64,000 nucleotides of DNA from Moniliella sp. 'wahieum' (taxonomy: Eukaryota): positions 1 to 64,000 of the forward strand of contig RSEE01000027.1 of the NCBI GenBank assembly GCA_003971905.1, read 5' to 3'. The notes beneath the pieces were generated by a model. It was given only the letters and a program-made list of their open reading frames with translations. It searched no databases and had not been told where the DNA came from. Of this stretch, positions 13,033 to 26,088 are shown one piece after another (the stretch's first letter is position 1; every line of letters starts with the position of its first letter). The position numbers and the translations under genes were made by a program.

Positions 13033-14001
13033 TCAAGCAGACTCGGATTCGCCCAGCGCCACGTCCCTCCGAGCCATCTCAGCCTCCCTGAGCTTCTTTT
13101 GCGCGATCTTCTTCAGTTGGAAGTAGTCCTTGTGCAATCCGCATTCGGTCTTGCCTTGCTTCCCAGCCCAGCGGCCAGACCGCTCCCGGCATCGCCATCG
13201 CCCGAAGGCAGCACCGTCGAGTGCCAGTCACCAATTGAACGGTACCCCATGTCAAGAAGCTCATTGTACGGCACCTGATGTTCCTTGACATACTCGTCCA
13301 CCTGCTTGAACGACCAGTTGAGCAGCGCATTTACCTTGATCAGCCGGTCTCATCTACTTCAACGGCCTGTAGAGAGGCACGATCCGCACCTTGGCTTCGG
13401 CGCCGACCTGTCAGGACAGCCGAACGTCCAGCTCCTTGTAGGCTCGCCGAGCCGGCTCAACCTTGACGAGGTAGTCGTACAGGTCCTCGTCCCGTTCCCA
13501 CAAGTTGCGCCCGTAGACATCCTCAAACTCTTTGGTCGACGCAGCACTCCCAGCAGTGAAAATGTGCATCGGAGCCTGGTACCGCTTGCTGGCGCGCTCA
13601 GCCAGATCTGTCGTTTGTGGGAAATGATAGAGGTGTCGATGAAGATGAGGGGAATGAGGTGCTGAAAGGTAGCCATATAGTAGGTCAGTACAACGTGCTC
13701 AAACTCCATGGCACGAGCCATAGTGAGGAGCAAACATCACATACCTGGAGGGGTATTGGCCTCAGCAGCACGGCGCTGAGAGATTTCAGACACCATGGCG
13801 AGGGTAGCACAGCCTGTCAGGCCAAAGGCAGTGGTTTGGTAGAGGTGCGGCAGGCTGTCCACGGCCCACTCGAGGATCTGCTGTGGCGTGGCATCTGCAA
13901 GCTTGGCGTTGATCTCGTCCAGATGAGCCACCACGTGGCCACCTGGTCGTGAACTGCGTCATGCGAAGCAGGTGCGGAAGAGTAGTAGGGACGGGAGCCA
14001 T
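13033..14001 (-). CDS. MET16: Phosphoadenosine phosphosulfate (PAPS) reductase
   Basis: LYQTTAFGLTG, PLIFIDT, VKVEPARRAY, TGRRRSQG, GYRSIGDWHST and ECGLH motifs; intron 13662-13744. Confidence 0.95.
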
Positions 14002-15008
14002 GGTAGCAGGAAAAAGAGTGGGACGGTGGTAGGTGGACGGTAGACTTTGACAGCGGTGTGGTGGAGAACAATAAAAACCACAGCGCGCTGGTGCCGTGAC
14101 AAACGTTTAACCAGAATGGCCCCGCGGCCAATCCGAGGGCAACCAACGCCGAAAGCAGCAGCAATGCTAAGCGCGGAGCCTCGCCTCAGCACACAACCGC
14201 GAGTCCGTCGCTCCTGGGATGTAGCGTCTGTAGCAAGCCCGTAGTAGGGCCTATAAGGCGAAGGATGCGCTATGGCGTGCTTGGGCTGGAGCGTGCTTAA
14301 ACCCGGGCATACTCGTCCCGTGCCATCCCCCCCTCAGCGTGCAACCTTTTTTTCCCACTCTGCGTGACTTTTCCGTCGGTCAAACTTCCGGCATCCCGAA
14401 GAAACATTGAAACCTACCAGATATACATAGGCGCGTTATCGGTTACGACAGTGTGTCTCCTTCTGAAACATGGCTTCGTCACGGCGGTGAAAAATCCGCT
14501 TCGGCCGGTAAAATTGAAATCAATTACTAATGAACCTGCAGCGTCTAATTCGCAATGTCCGATCCCTGATCGATGGTCCGCCAAACCCCGCCTTTTTCGC
14601 AACTTCCGCCATGCGGTACACCTGAGAGTGAAATTTGAGAGGGTAGTGCTGGGTAGTACTTGAAACTTAAAGACTTTGACCAGCTCCTCCACCTTCCCGC
14701 CTTGTCAGAAGTTGTATGCGCCTTGGCTTCCATTGCTCTTGGTTCTCTTCCCCATGAAAAATCGTTCCTCCTCATATTAGCCTCTCGCCCTGTATGAAGG
14801 CTATTCTGCAGCTGAGCGTTGTTGAACACGTATGATCGACCCCAAAAGTTGCTTCCCAACCGCACTTGAACCTAACAAGCACCTTGAAGGTTAAAGCGCT
14901 AAAGCTTGGAGCTTGATTGCAAGGCGGTGGTTGCACCAATGCTTGACACTTGAAATGTTTGTTTTCTGAGCCTCTGGGAACCACCAAACTGGCGACCAGC
15001 TGATGAGA

Positions 15009-15160
15009 AATAGGGTTATACCCCGGCGCAATGCACTTCCGCAGTCGTGGCACTAGTGCAGTCTTCACCAGGTCCTGGCACTGTACCCATGTCTGGGGTC
15101 TCACATGCTGGCAATGGTGTAGGCGGCGGCTAACTTGGGCAACGGCCTTGCCACCAAGCA
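15009..15160 (+). promoter_or_regulatory. RPL4 promoter/5' leader motifs shared with RPL3
   Basis: AATAGGGTTA 15009-15018, GGCACTGTA 15077-15085, CTTGGGCAA 15134-15142 and CCACCAAGCA 15151-15160 all recur upstream of RPL3. Confidence 0.55.
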
Positions 15161-15177
15161 GCGACTTCTTCAACATC

Positions 15178-16296
15178 ATGGCCTCGCGTGCGACTGTCAG
15201 TGCGCGCTGCCGACGGCAGTGCCAGCGGTGCGAGCCTCCGCTCCCCGCCGTGCTCACCGCCCCGATCCGCTCCGACGTGGTGCAGATCACTTACACTCAG
15301 GTTGCCAAGAACAAGCGCCAGCCCTACGCCGTTTCGACCAAGGCTGGTCACCAAACCTCGGCCGAGTCGTGGGGCACGGGTCGTGCTCTGGCCCGTATCC
15401 CTCGTGTGGGCGGTTCTGGCACTCACCGTGCCGGCCAGGCTGCGTTCGGTAACATGGCTCGTGGCGGTCACATGTTCGCTCCTACCAAGGTGTGGCGCCG
15501 CTGGTGGGTCAAGACCAACCAGAACCAGAAGCGTGTTGCGACCGCTTCGGCTCTGGCTGCGACTGCTGTCCCGTCCCTGGTCCTCGCTCGCGGACACCGC
15601 GTCGAGCAAGTGGCCGAGGTTCCCCTGGTTGTTCCCACTGAGGTCGAGTCGTACTCGAAGACCAAGGAGGCCGTTGCCCTCCTCAAGGCCCTCAACGCCT
15701 ACGACGACGTTCTCAAGGTGTCCAACTCGCGCAAGATCCGCGCGGGCCAAGGCAAGCTGCGTAACCGCCGCCACGTCCAGCGCCGTGGTCCCCTCGTTGT
15801 TTACAACGAGGACAAGGGCATCTACCGTGCCTTCCGCAACCTGCCTGGTGTGGAGCTCGTGTCGGTCCACCGTCTCAACCTCCTTCAGCTCGCCCCCGGC
15901 GGTCACCTTGGTCGGTTTGTGATCTGGACGGAGGCTGCTTTCAAGCAGCTCGACTCGATCTTCGGCACGTACGACGCTGCTTCCGCGCAGAAGAAGGGCT
16001 TTGTTCTTCCTCGCGCCAAGATCACCAACACGGATGTTTCGCTGCTGGCTTCTGAGGAGATCCAGGCCGTGCTTCGTCCTGCTGGCCCCAAGGCGACCAA
16101 GCGTCCCTTCACCCAGAAGAAGAACCCCCTGCGCAACAAGTTTGTTATGGACCGTCTCAACCCGTACGCCAAGGTCCAGCGCAAGATCGAGGCCGAGATT
16201 CGCGCTGCCAAGGCCGCCGGCACCTACAAGCCTGCTGCCAAGCCCGCCAAGTTGGCACTCAACCCCAAGTTCCTCGAGTTCCTCCACGCTCCCTAA
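15178..16296 (+). CDS. RPL4: 60S ribosomal protein L4 (uL4), intronless
   Basis: [62 protein letters not shown]; strong codon bias. Confidence 0.98.
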   Translation: MASRATVSARCRRQCQRCEPPLPAVLTAPIRSDVVQITYTQVAKNKRQPYAVSTKAGHQTSAESWGTGRALARIPRVGGSGTHRAGQAAFGNMARGGHMFAPTKVWRRWWVKTNQNQKRVATASALAATAVPSLVLARGHRVEQVAEVPLVVPTEVESYSKTKEAVALLKALNAYDDVLKVSNSRKIRAGQGKLRNRRHVQRRGPLVVYNEDKGIYRAFRNLPGVELVSVHRLNLLQLAPGGHLGRFVIWTEAAFKQLDSIFGTYDAASAQKKGFVLPRAKITNTDVSLLASEEIQAVLRPAGPKATKRPFTQKKNPLRNKFVMDRLNPYAKVQRKIEAEIRAAKAAGTYKPAAKPAKLALNPKFLEFLHAP

Positions 16297-17259
16297 GTGT
16301 TCGCAGGAGTACAACTACGTGCCTGAGTTTCACTATTTCGTGGACTGGTGGGAGGACTTGCTCCTCCCTCTTCTTGACTGGGCGATCGCTTAGCGCGCAC
16401 GTGCCCGTGGCCCTGAATGATGGGGAGGATTATCAGGGTTTGGCAGCCTATGCACTCCATATGCCGCATCCCTCCAAAAATGCACCGATTTGTCTGTCCT
16501 GGGGCGTTGGCCTCCCTTCTGGTTGTTCTGCTGAATCCATTGCCCCATGCGACAAGCTTGGTCTCGTTGACGTCCATAGAAAAATACACCACGGCCAGCA
16601 GCCGGCCAGCCCGCCAGGTTGGGTGCATGTGCCCAACATTACATCCCATCCCACTCTACGTAAAATAGAGAGACGTTTGGTACGGTTCTGACCTAATAGG
16701 ACGTGCAGCGCCGTCCGCATTCGTTCGGTCCAGGTCAGCCTGAGGATCTAGTGCTTTTTACATTGTATCAACGGCATACGAGTCGGGCGAAGACAATGGA
16801 ACCAAGCCATCATAGGGAAGCGAAAGATTCATTGGTGAAGGGGTGTAGACATGGCTAGGATGGGGGTGGAGGAAGGATTGCAGATTACCTAAAGAGGACT
16901 GTGACAGGCGGTCTTCGCTGGAAGAGGGTGGCCGGTGACGACGGTGAGGGCGGAATGTAAGGAGTTGTTCACTCTCCTCCCATTCCGCCTTCTTCGCAAA
17001 TACATCCATTGCCCAAACCCTTTGAACACAGGAAGCATGTCAACGCCCTGGTTTCTAAGTCCAGCGGCTCCTGCCTCCGCTCTCGCGCATGCTCGATGAG
17101 ATTCTCAAGCAAGGAGACCCAGATGGGTGTCTCATAGATCGGAAGTGTGTCCCAGTGGTAATGGCAAATAGCATAGCCTAGCATACGATCCAACGTGGAA
17201 GAAACGGAGATGGGAGAGAGGGGGCAAAGAGTGGGTTCCTTGCTGCCTGCAGTGGTGAA

Positions 17260-17689
17260 TCACTTCTTCTTGCCCTTCTTGGCGGTCTTGACAACGGTAG
17301 CACCGCGCGTGGCCTCTTGTCCACCCGACATCCAGTCCAAGTCTTCCTCGGCAAAGGCAAAGTCATCCTGCGAGAACTTTTTCTGGAAACGACCAAGTTG
17401 GCCCTCCATGTCGACAGCCACACCCAAGGCATTCGACCGTTCCGCCAACGGATTCCAGAGGGGGTGGTTGGTTGGGTCACGCGTAAGGCGCATTGCACGT
17501 GGAGATGAGGTAAATACATCGATCGAGGAACCGTCATTAAGCACGATCGTCATGGGAAACTTGGACACGGGCTTGGGCGTGTGCAGTTTGGTCGGACGCC
17601 CCAGGGCTGGGACCGAAGTGGCCAGAGTACGGTCCGCTCCCACACGATTGGCGCGAATAAGGGGAAATATCCGTCCCGAAGTAGAGCAT
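17260..17689 (-). CDS. MRPL36: Mitochondrial ribosomal protein bL31m (MrpL36-like)
   Basis: IVLNDGSS...TSSP...LTRDPTNHPLWNP...GQLGRFQKKF; the start is uncertain because of a frameshift. Confidence 0.75.
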
Positions 17690-18847
17690 GTGCGAAGGGA
17701 ATTGTGACCACGAGCACCTTCTCAGAAAAGGAGTTGGAGGTGGTGCTGTGACAAAGCCTCGCTCGGCCCAAGATCGACTCCGGACGGAAGGGAGTTAACA
17801 TTTCAACGGCATATATTCGTGTGGGGTAATTGTATACGAGACCGTACATTGAACTTACGGAAGTTGAACGCATTTGACAGTCGAACCCGCTCGTTATAGA
17901 GGCACTTGGGGACCTTTTTGGGATGGAGCTGGTAGAAGGATGCAGTAAGGCTGCCTAGGACTCCATTATATGCTGAAAAGAGGATTACATGCACCCCACC
18001 GGGCTACCCCTAGCCTTTCGATAGATGAGCCACGCGGGTAGGTCTTCCGCGGTTGTCACGTTGTGTAAAGGATGCAGAGAAATGGGAGGTACACAGCTGT
18101 GCAACCTGGAAAAAACATACTTCGCCCATATCCCCGCGGATGGAAGTCTGGCGAGACAAAGGTTCATTGCTTTCAGCACCGACGGGTTATGATTAAGCGA
18201 CGGGGGGACTTGAAATGGGCTTGGTGGCTGTGGTTTCAATCGCAGCTTTCCGGAGAACATTTTGCGTGTCTCTTTCGACTGCATGCAGGGGAGGGCGACG
18301 CTCACTAGCCCTTATGTATTCTTAGGGATACTAATAGGCGTCTTTAAAGTCCCCTTAGCCCATGCAAAATGGGAGACCATTGCTGCTGCAATTCAATTTG
18401 ATCGCAGGGGGCATCCGCTGGGATGGTGCCAGTATCAAGCCTAACGTGAAGCTCTTGCAACGCTGCCTCGCGCAGTGATTAGTGTGTGCAGGGCCCGAAT
18501 TGTATGTGAACCTTAGAGCGTCTGAGTAGCGCAGGTAGTAGCCCAGTCTACTTGTTCATAAAACTGCTAGGGGCAAGACGCAAAGTACTATTGATAGGAA
18601 GAGACTGTGCCCTCACCCCCGACTCGGGCAAATCTCACTGTTAGGCGAAAAGTGGTGCAATCGTAGTTAACTACCCGTGGATCTGCAACAACATACGCTC
18701 AGGCGCACGCAGTGTGGGCGGTCATCAAAAGCTGCATCTGTCATGGTTGGCTCCTCGACGGTAGGACGAAGTGCTATTAGTGACTGCGGTGGCCTGCGAC
18801 TAGTGGCCTAGAGCGGCGAGTGGCCCATCAAATTCCGCCGCCCCCGC

Positions 18848-18951
18848 GCATCATGCATCATGCATCGCTTTTCTTCCGAGGGCTGGCTAGCGGTGACCGG
18901 TGACCGGTGACCGGTGACCTCACTAGTCACTGGTGACCCGTGACGCGTGAC
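18848..18951. repeat. Cluster of quasi-palindromic heptamer repeats: (GCATCAT)n, (CGGTGAC)4, TCACTAGTCAC, TGACGCGTGAC
   Basis: Read directly from the sequence; lies 60-160 bp upstream of the SEC72 start. Confidence 0.85.
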
Positions 18952-19011
18952 TGGCTACCACCCTGCTCCACGTGGCCCAGGTGAGCGTGTTTGCTGCCCA
19001 CCATCGCACCC

Positions 19012-19705
19012 ATGTCAGGTCCCAGATCGTCCAAGGCGGCCCGCCGGCCCCGACCGAAGAGCAGATGGCGTTGTCTGATGCCTCGTTCCAACGGGTGGAG
19101 CTCTCCTTTGACGACAGCGGCAAGCTCGTCTCGCCCACCCACAACCTCGACCTCATCAACCGTTTGGCCAATGCCATTGGCTCTCTGCCCCCCACCATGC
19201 CCTTCCCCCCTCCGCCCAATGTTGTACCACCCCAGCGCGCCATGGCCGTCAACTCCCTCAAAGAAAAAGGGAATGCAGCCATGAAGGAGAACGATCTTCC
19301 CGAGGCCGTCAAGTTCTACACGCTGGCCGTGGACTTGAGCGCGAACCGTCCTCGTGGGAACCAGCCGCTCTGGCGAGCGAGGAGCTTTCCATTTGCCTTT
19401 CCAACCGTCAGCTGCTCTCTACGCTGCCGGTGACTACATCGCTGCTGGCTGATGCTGATGCTGATGCTGTCGAATTGCGCCGCCCATGGCCCAAAGCTCA
19501 TTACCGCAAGGGCAAGGCTTTGGCTGGCTTGGGACGCTTTAGGGAAGCTCGGGAGGCGTACCAAGCAGGTCAACAATTCGATCCTGATAACCCGGTGCGT
19601 ACATCCTTGCCGTTTTTGTCTGTCCAATGGTACTAATGTGGGCGTGTAACTGGACAGGATTTCCTCAAGGCGTTGCAAGAGCTTCCCCGTAACGAACGGC
19701 CGTGA
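19012..19705 (+). CDS. SEC72: Translocation protein Sec72 (TPR protein of the Sec63 complex)
   Basis: PPPP...QRAMAVNSLKEKGNAAMK...AVKFYTLAV...RP(P)WE...SNRS...LRRPWPKAHYRKGKAL; intron 19595-19657 (GTGCGT...TACTAAT...CAG). Confidence 0.85.
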
Positions 19706-20615
19706 GTACTGAGTGGAGATGATGGTACCGGGGCTGGCCAATGTTTCGTTCCTTCGTCTCGTTCAATGTATGTCTGTCTGGTCCACGTCGCTCATTGTAG
19801 TCTTAGGCAGTGTTCGCTTGAGGTCGAGTGTCGACGCATTCAGGTTGCCAAGAAGACATCTTGTCATTTTTTGGACGATGGGGGCCAGGGCTAGTTGATT
19901 GGTCCTTGTAGTTTCAAGTGCGCGAAGGTGCTGTAGTGGTCCTTTGAGGCCACTGGACAGATGAGAAGGGGTTTTAGAAGTGGGTTTCCAGGCCCCACAA
20001 TCTACAGCGCCGCCATCCTATGTCAGGAAATCGTTGGGGCTTCCGCGCTATGGGTCTCTGGCTGAACCTTTGCACCAGCACGAGAACGAATCAATGGGCC
20101 GCTAGTGGGCTGGAGGTCGCACTTTTTCATGCCACTCGGCCAAGTCTTTTCGCCCCTCACTGGGGGCAATGGCCCGGTAGCTTTTGAAGATGTTTTGGAT
20201 GAAGCTGATCATGCAATAACACTATCAGCGTGACTCTCGACCTCTCTCTCCACCATGTGGGGCATCATTGTCTCGCGCTTTGCCTTCCATAGTTGTGTTC
20301 GCGTCGTCGAGCCGCACATTTTCATTCTCATCCTGGGCAATTGTCTCTCGTCTGAGGGCAGCTTGGGCACTGCTTATGAAGGACCGTATGATGCCCAGAA
20401 TCTTCTCGTTGGTGACGGCAGCACCTTCTGGCTACTCATACCCAAACCTCGACCCTCCCCCCAGCTATCACCCTCCTCTGTCCACCATCATTGGCTGTCA
20501 TAGATCTGGGATGGGAGGGGGACGGGTACAACCACGACGCGTCTAGAAAGGGAAAAGAATGGTACCTCATCGTCACCTGACCTGCTCCCAAATTCGGCCA
20601 ACATGCATTATGCAC

Positions 20616-20647
20616 ACCATGTTTAACCGCTACCATGTTTAACCGCT
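20616..20647. repeat. 16-bp tandem duplication (ACCATGTTTAACCGCT)2
   Basis: Two exact adjacent copies downstream of LEO1. Confidence 0.8.
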
Positions 20648-20720
20648 AACAATGGAAACCCAATACGATACATTGATTTTGAGGGGACGAAGAGGATCAC
20701 CCCTAGGCCACAAATTGGTC

Positions 20721-22343
20721 TCATTCCTCGTCGCTCTCAAGGACGACACGACGACGATGCTGGGAGCGGGGCTCCTCCTGCTCCTCATCAACGTCCATTG
20801 CGTCCTCATCATCTTTGGAGGGCGAAACAGAGCGGCGCGAACCCTTGGAGCGCCGGCCAGAAGCCACCCTATTACCGGTCTCTTCCTCTGCCGACCCCTC
20901 CGACTTTTCGGCCTCCTCCTCGTCACTGCTGTCAGCGCGGGCCTCCTCCTCTTCCTCATCCGTGACAACAAAGTCGTCTTGTTCGTAGTCTTCCTCCTCG
21001 CCGCCGTGTCTGTGAGCTGCACGGTGGGAACGAGCAGGGGGAGAAATTTCGCGGCGAGTGCGGTGGTACCCATCGTGAGCGGCTGCCAGGGCTGAAGTAC
21101 CGGCTCCACGTCGACGAGATGGTGCACCAAGGTCATCGTCGTACCGGTCCTCGGCTTTTTTCCGCTCTCGCTGCTTCTTGCGCTCAATTTCCTTCAAGCG
21201 ACGGTCCTCCAAGGCGGCCGACTGCTGGGTCAAGCTCCAATCCATCAGCCGTGGTGACCTGGGATCCAACCCCCAGGGGGCGTCGGTGGTGGTAACCTTA
21301 GCCACACGCTGATGTTTAACAGCTGCCGCGAGACGCCGGTGAGTCTTGCTGTTTACATCTGAAGGCTGGAATGCGAGCGCGCCCGAAATGGGTGTGCGAA
21401 CGCTCAGAACTTGTGCATCCGCATCAGGTACTACGAGGTACGCCAGTGCAGGGTTGCCCGAAGCCTCGGGGGCGGGCCCGCCATGGCTTTGCCCAAGGTT
21501 TTGTCGGTCACATTGGGAGTACCGGCTTGCATGTGCAAGTCGAACAGTTCTTTTCCCAATTGCATCGACACACTTCCGTCGGACCAAGTCACAATCCGGG
21601 CGTTCGACTCGGGAACAAAGCGCGTCTTGCCATCCGGAGTCCGCTCGTGGCGCCAACGCCAGCGGACTGTGTTCGTAGTCTTGAGCAACGAACGAAGAAG
21701 TTTGTCGTCCGCGATTTTAGCTTCGTTACCAGCCCCTGATTCGGTCGCATTCTCCTGGCTTGGGTCCCATTCGTGCTCATCAAAGGCTTGCTCGAGAGAT
21801 CCAAGAACGAAGGCAGCTTGGCAACCCAATGGCTGCGACCTTGGCGAACCGCCTGGGCCGGCAACATAAGGTTGGCATGGATTTCTTCCTCCTCCTCTTC
21901 CTCTCGGCCGCTTCTCCCTTTTGTCCCTCTTCCTCACGGTACTCGAGTGCCTCGCGACGTGCATACGACCCCTCAGACCGGGCAGGGGACCCACCCCTGG
22001 ACTGGGAACGAGAACGAGAGCGGCTCCACTCCCGCTCAGGCGGCGGAGGAGACGGAGAGATGCGGGAGGCGGGATGCTCGTCCCTTGGAAGAAACACGTG
22101 CTGATTTGGACTTTCCATGGCATGGTCATCAGAATCGGTGTCCCGCTGGCGGCGCTTGCGCGACACGATGGGGCCATCGTCATCATCCGAATCATCGCCA
22201 AAGAGGCCAGCGCTGCCGTGCGAGCTGGCTGGCGCAGGCGGTGCATCCTCCTCATTCCGAGGAGGAGAGCTGGGGGCAGGAACAGCAGAGGCCCCGTTGG
22301 CGGAGGATGGGCTCGCTGCGGGCGGAGAAGAGGGCTGCGACAT
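20721..22343 (-). CDS. LEO1: Paf1 complex subunit Leo1
   Basis: Acidic N-terminus (GLFGDDSDDDD), Leo1 core NTVRWR...ESNARIVTWSDGSVSMQLGKELFD, acidic C-terminus (DYEQDDFVV). Confidence 0.9.
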
Positions 22344-22566
22344 GGCCGGTCGAGGTGGTGTGCTGCCCACAGCGCGCGCAGGAAGCCAAGGCTCTTGTGA
22401 GGGCCCCGAGGGGAGCGAGCGTGCCCCCAAGGCGGAATGAATTCATTCCGCCCTGCGGCGCGTATTTGCTGACGGGGTAGGCTGATAGGCCTGCGAGCGG
22501 TGATTAACGAGTACAGAACGTGATTAAACATTAACCCCATGACCATCCCTCCATCCCAGCTATGCC

Positions 22567-24362
22567 ATGACCCGAGAAGCGTACGCTCTCGTGCTTGTCC
22601 AGGGACATAGTACGTTTCGTGCCGGATACTCTATCCAGGACCATTTGCTCTTCCAAACATCACGCTCGGCGCACGCGTTGGCATACCAAACACCGCATCA
22701 AGCTGGCGTGATTACATTGTTGGCGACGCCCTCGTTGCCGCCGAAAATGCTGGCTCCCCTGACCTCACTATTGTTTAACCCATCTACAACAATCACGCCG
22801 TTAACTGGAGCTCTTGTTAGTACTCCCACTTTATGGTCGTTTGGTTTTGCTGCGCTGCCCTCGTTGTCACGTTCGTCCATGTCAACAGCAACGCAATTCA
22901 TAATATGTGAGCATCTCGGCGCAGTGGGTGTTTCGATGGTCGAAACATCGCAACTGTCGACTTATGGCTACAGTGCAGCTGTCAGGACCGTGGTGGACAT
23001 CCGCTCTGAATTCACACTGGTCCAACTCGTACCACGCCCCTCACAGGCATTGCGACCGCGTGCGCTATCGGTGCATGGTAGTGTCACCACTACCTTGCCC
23101 ATCTCATTTATGAGGAAGGGGGTGCGACCCTGTCGGCTGCTCACAGAGTGGCACAACGTGCCTTGGCCAAAGGGGAAGCGAACCCCTCCGAGGAAGCGAT
23201 CCAATTCCAAACGCGTGAATTATTGATCGAGTTGTCGGAGCACTTGGCTTCCCGCGGTACAATGAGTGGTATTGGTGATCCTGACGGTGCAGACGCAGCC
23301 ACCCACGGCACAGCGGCCAAGAAGGCAGCCGCCGAGAATGATGAGCTGGATGTGGCCGCGGCGATCCTGGTTCAAGGGCATGAACGCGATTGGATCAACG
23401 GTACCAAGGGGGGTGGGGCGGCTGAAGCGAATAACGACGATAATGATAAGGGCGATGAGCCCAGTTCCACTACAGTCATTCTGCGTGGCGTACAGGTCCC
23501 TGTGGGACCAATCCGATTCCAATGGGCAGAGCCCTTGCTTAACCCACCCGTTCTACAATTTGTTCCATCATGACAAAGCGTTTCCCGCGCTCAGATCTCG
23601 TCAGCCGCTTGCCGTGGAGAACATTTCCTCTACACCAAAGCCCAGAAGGCACTGGCCGAGCGACGTACGTTGCGCTGTCGCCGGTGCCCCGTCTTGGGAA
23701 CCCACGCCCTCGGCTGATGGCAAAGTTAACTGGAATACATCCCATCTTTACTCGACGCAGTCTTGCTGCTTGTGGACCAGGTTGGGGGCCAGAGAGCGAA
23801 CGGCTCCCGCAACTGATGGACACGATTATTTTCTCCGGTGCAACACAAGGCAGACGTTATTGCTTGTCCGCGCTTCTTCTCCAGTCCATTGGCTCCCGTG
23901 CAATGGGTGACGATGAGCCACCACATGAATTGGCACAATTGCGGTCCAAAGCAGGGCCCAAACCTGGTCAGACTCCACGGCCCCGTGGCGTAGCTCTGAT
24001 GCAAGAGGAGCCCAATCCGGTGCAGCCACTCGCATGGTCCGTGCCGCCAAGTTCCCCAAATATTTCTCATTGCCTACAAAGACCATCCCGGACAAAAGTC
24101 GGCTTTTTGGCGTCTTTGTGTCTACGGAAAGGTACGTGATGTTGAAGATGGTCATGAGCACCCCATCAGACTAATCATGTTGTCTCACTCAATAGCTTGT
24201 CTTTGGCGAACCAGGGGGGAAACTCAGTACGTGACCCAGACAGCCTGCAACGACCGCGGCCCGGCCGCCGGCTTCATCATTAACATCAATGCTAAAGAGT
24301 CTACTACATTCAATTTTCACAGCTCCCATATCTCTTTCGCATCAACGCCTACACCACCCTAA
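22567..24362 (+). CDS. Nuclear actin-related protein (Arp9/Arp7-like)
   Basis: Actin-fold phosphate-1-like ALVLVQGHSTFRAG, phosphate-2-like STYGYSAAVRTVVDI, VGPIRFQWAEPLLNP, ERLPQLMDTIIFSG and C-terminal YVTQTACNDRGP; intron 24132-24195. Stop position uncertain. Confidence 0.7.
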
Positions 24363-24617
24363 CTGAACACTACTTTTCTTATAGCAAGACGTGCCTCAGC
24401 TTGATAATCACTCACATGTCACAGCCGCCATTGCCTGGGAGCCTTCATTGCATCCCTCCTGGCCTAATGAAGCGGGCGAGAGCAGAGCATGCTAGTTGAA
24501 GGCTAGGATCTACGAAGCGGCCATAATCGACATGATCAATGCGCCTACCGGACAAAGGACGACTAGCCCACCTACCAGCGAACAAAGCTGTGATGTCGAA
24601 ATGGTGTCGTGTAGCAA

Positions 24618-24692
24618 GTGACCAGTGACTAGTGACGCGTCTAGTCACTTGGTAACGCGCAGCCAGCAACCGGTAACCGGTAGCCGGTAACC
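24618..24692. repeat. Quasi-palindromic heptamer cluster (GTGACTAGTGACGCGT, ACCGGTA repeats)
   Basis: Read directly from the sequence. Confidence 0.7.
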
Positions 24693-25162
24693 TGGAGCTG
24701 CTCGCCGGACGCCGGCAGTGGCCGGCTAGCAACTCAGCCCGTTCCTGATCCAAAGCGGGCCGACTTTGACGACTGCGGCGCCCTGCTGGCAGAAAAAAAT
24801 GCTCCGCCCAAGGATAGGTGCTGTCTGCTGCCTGATGCTCGGGGCCAGCACCGCGCCACTCTGCGGGGCGGGGGCGCATGAGGAATACCGGCAAGATCCC
24901 AGTCTGCGTTGGGGTTAAGCCGGTTAGGCTGGCTGCGGGGCGCCGCCCGGGGACGGCCGGGCACCGGTCGGGCGTCCAACACTGCCCCCATGCCAGCGAC
25001 CGAACTCTCTCCATTTTGGCCCCGGCCTCCTGTTCGGGCGGCCGCGATCTCTCAAGCTGCCTCAGGTCCCCCAGCCCTCCCCCCGGTTTCGATCCACCAC
25101 CGTCGCCACTGCAAGTACTCCATCTTCTTCCCTGTCCTCATTCCCCACTCTCGCTTTCCTCT

Positions 25163-26088
25163 ATGTCGGCCGTGCACGACACCGACATCGACAGCCTCAT
25201 TGGCTCCCTCCAGACCGTTTCCGCCGGCGACCGTGGTTACGCCATCCGCCACTTACGCGACCAGCTCTTTGCGAGTCTCGGCAGCGTTGCTTTGGGCCCC
25301 AGCCTCCCGTCTGGGGAGGGGGGAGGACCGTCTCCGTATCCCCATCACCATCCCCTCCGCCTGAGGCGCCTGCCTTTCAACCCGACACGCCCTTCCCCGA
25401 CACATTTGCTCCCGGCTCCGTTTCCCGGAACACACCTATCCTGGGTCGATCCCGCGCCGGGTCCCATGGACACCGACACCCTTCATCGTCTCCTACCCGC
25501 CCACGTGTAGCACGCCAAGCTCGTTCCCGTGCCGACCCTTACAACATCAGCTGCCCTCGCGCCCACCTAGGCCCGCGCAGTGGCGTCCCCAGTGGGATTT
25601 CCTCGCGACACACCTCTCCGAGCATATGGCCGCAGCCGCTGCTCAAACTGAGTTTACCCTTACTCCGCCTCAGCAGTATCAGAGTCGTGCGTGGGTCGTC
25701 GATCTCGGTCTGGGTCGTCGGTATCTGCTGCATCCGCTCCAGCGCAAGTGCCTCTCTCCCCTCCTACTCCAAGATGGAATTGGGGGGTGCATCGGGCGCT
25801 GCGCAGGGCCCAGCTCCTTGTAGTCGCGGGCCAGCCACTCTCTCCTGGGGAGCCCAGTTTGTCTTCACCCCAATGCGCCAAGAAGGTGGCATGGCGTTCT
25901 CTGTGCCTTCGACAATGTCGATTTCCTCTGAGGAAGGTCTACTGAACAGTGAGACGACCAGCGGAAGGACCTCTGTCGTCAGCTTGGCCCCAGATGCATG
26001 TCTTGGCCACTCTCCCCCAACCACCGCTAAAGAGATGAACTCAGGAGATTCGCATACGTTTGGCCATGACCTCATTTCTCATCCTTGA
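25163..26088 (+). CDS. Hypothetical Pro/Ser-rich protein
   Basis: MSAVHDTDIDSLIGSLQ... start after a pyrimidine-rich leader, followed by low-complexity ORF fragments; end approximate. Confidence 0.5.

Noticed and set aside
13033..13035. Stop-codon readthrough creating a cryptic PTS1 (checked MET16, YAT1, TES1)
   Set aside because: No TGA-CTA context, and the extensions do not end in an SKL-like tripeptide.
15130..16314. 394-aa antisense ORF over RPL4
   Set aside because: Shadow ORF: strongly biased genes avoid TTA/CTA/TCA codons, which removes stops on the opposite strand.
16758..17193. Short - strand ORFs downstream of MRPL36 (also 14414-14865, 17803-18305, 37855-38590)
   Set aside because: Protein-like in places but with no recognisable motif or solid splice/start support; not called.
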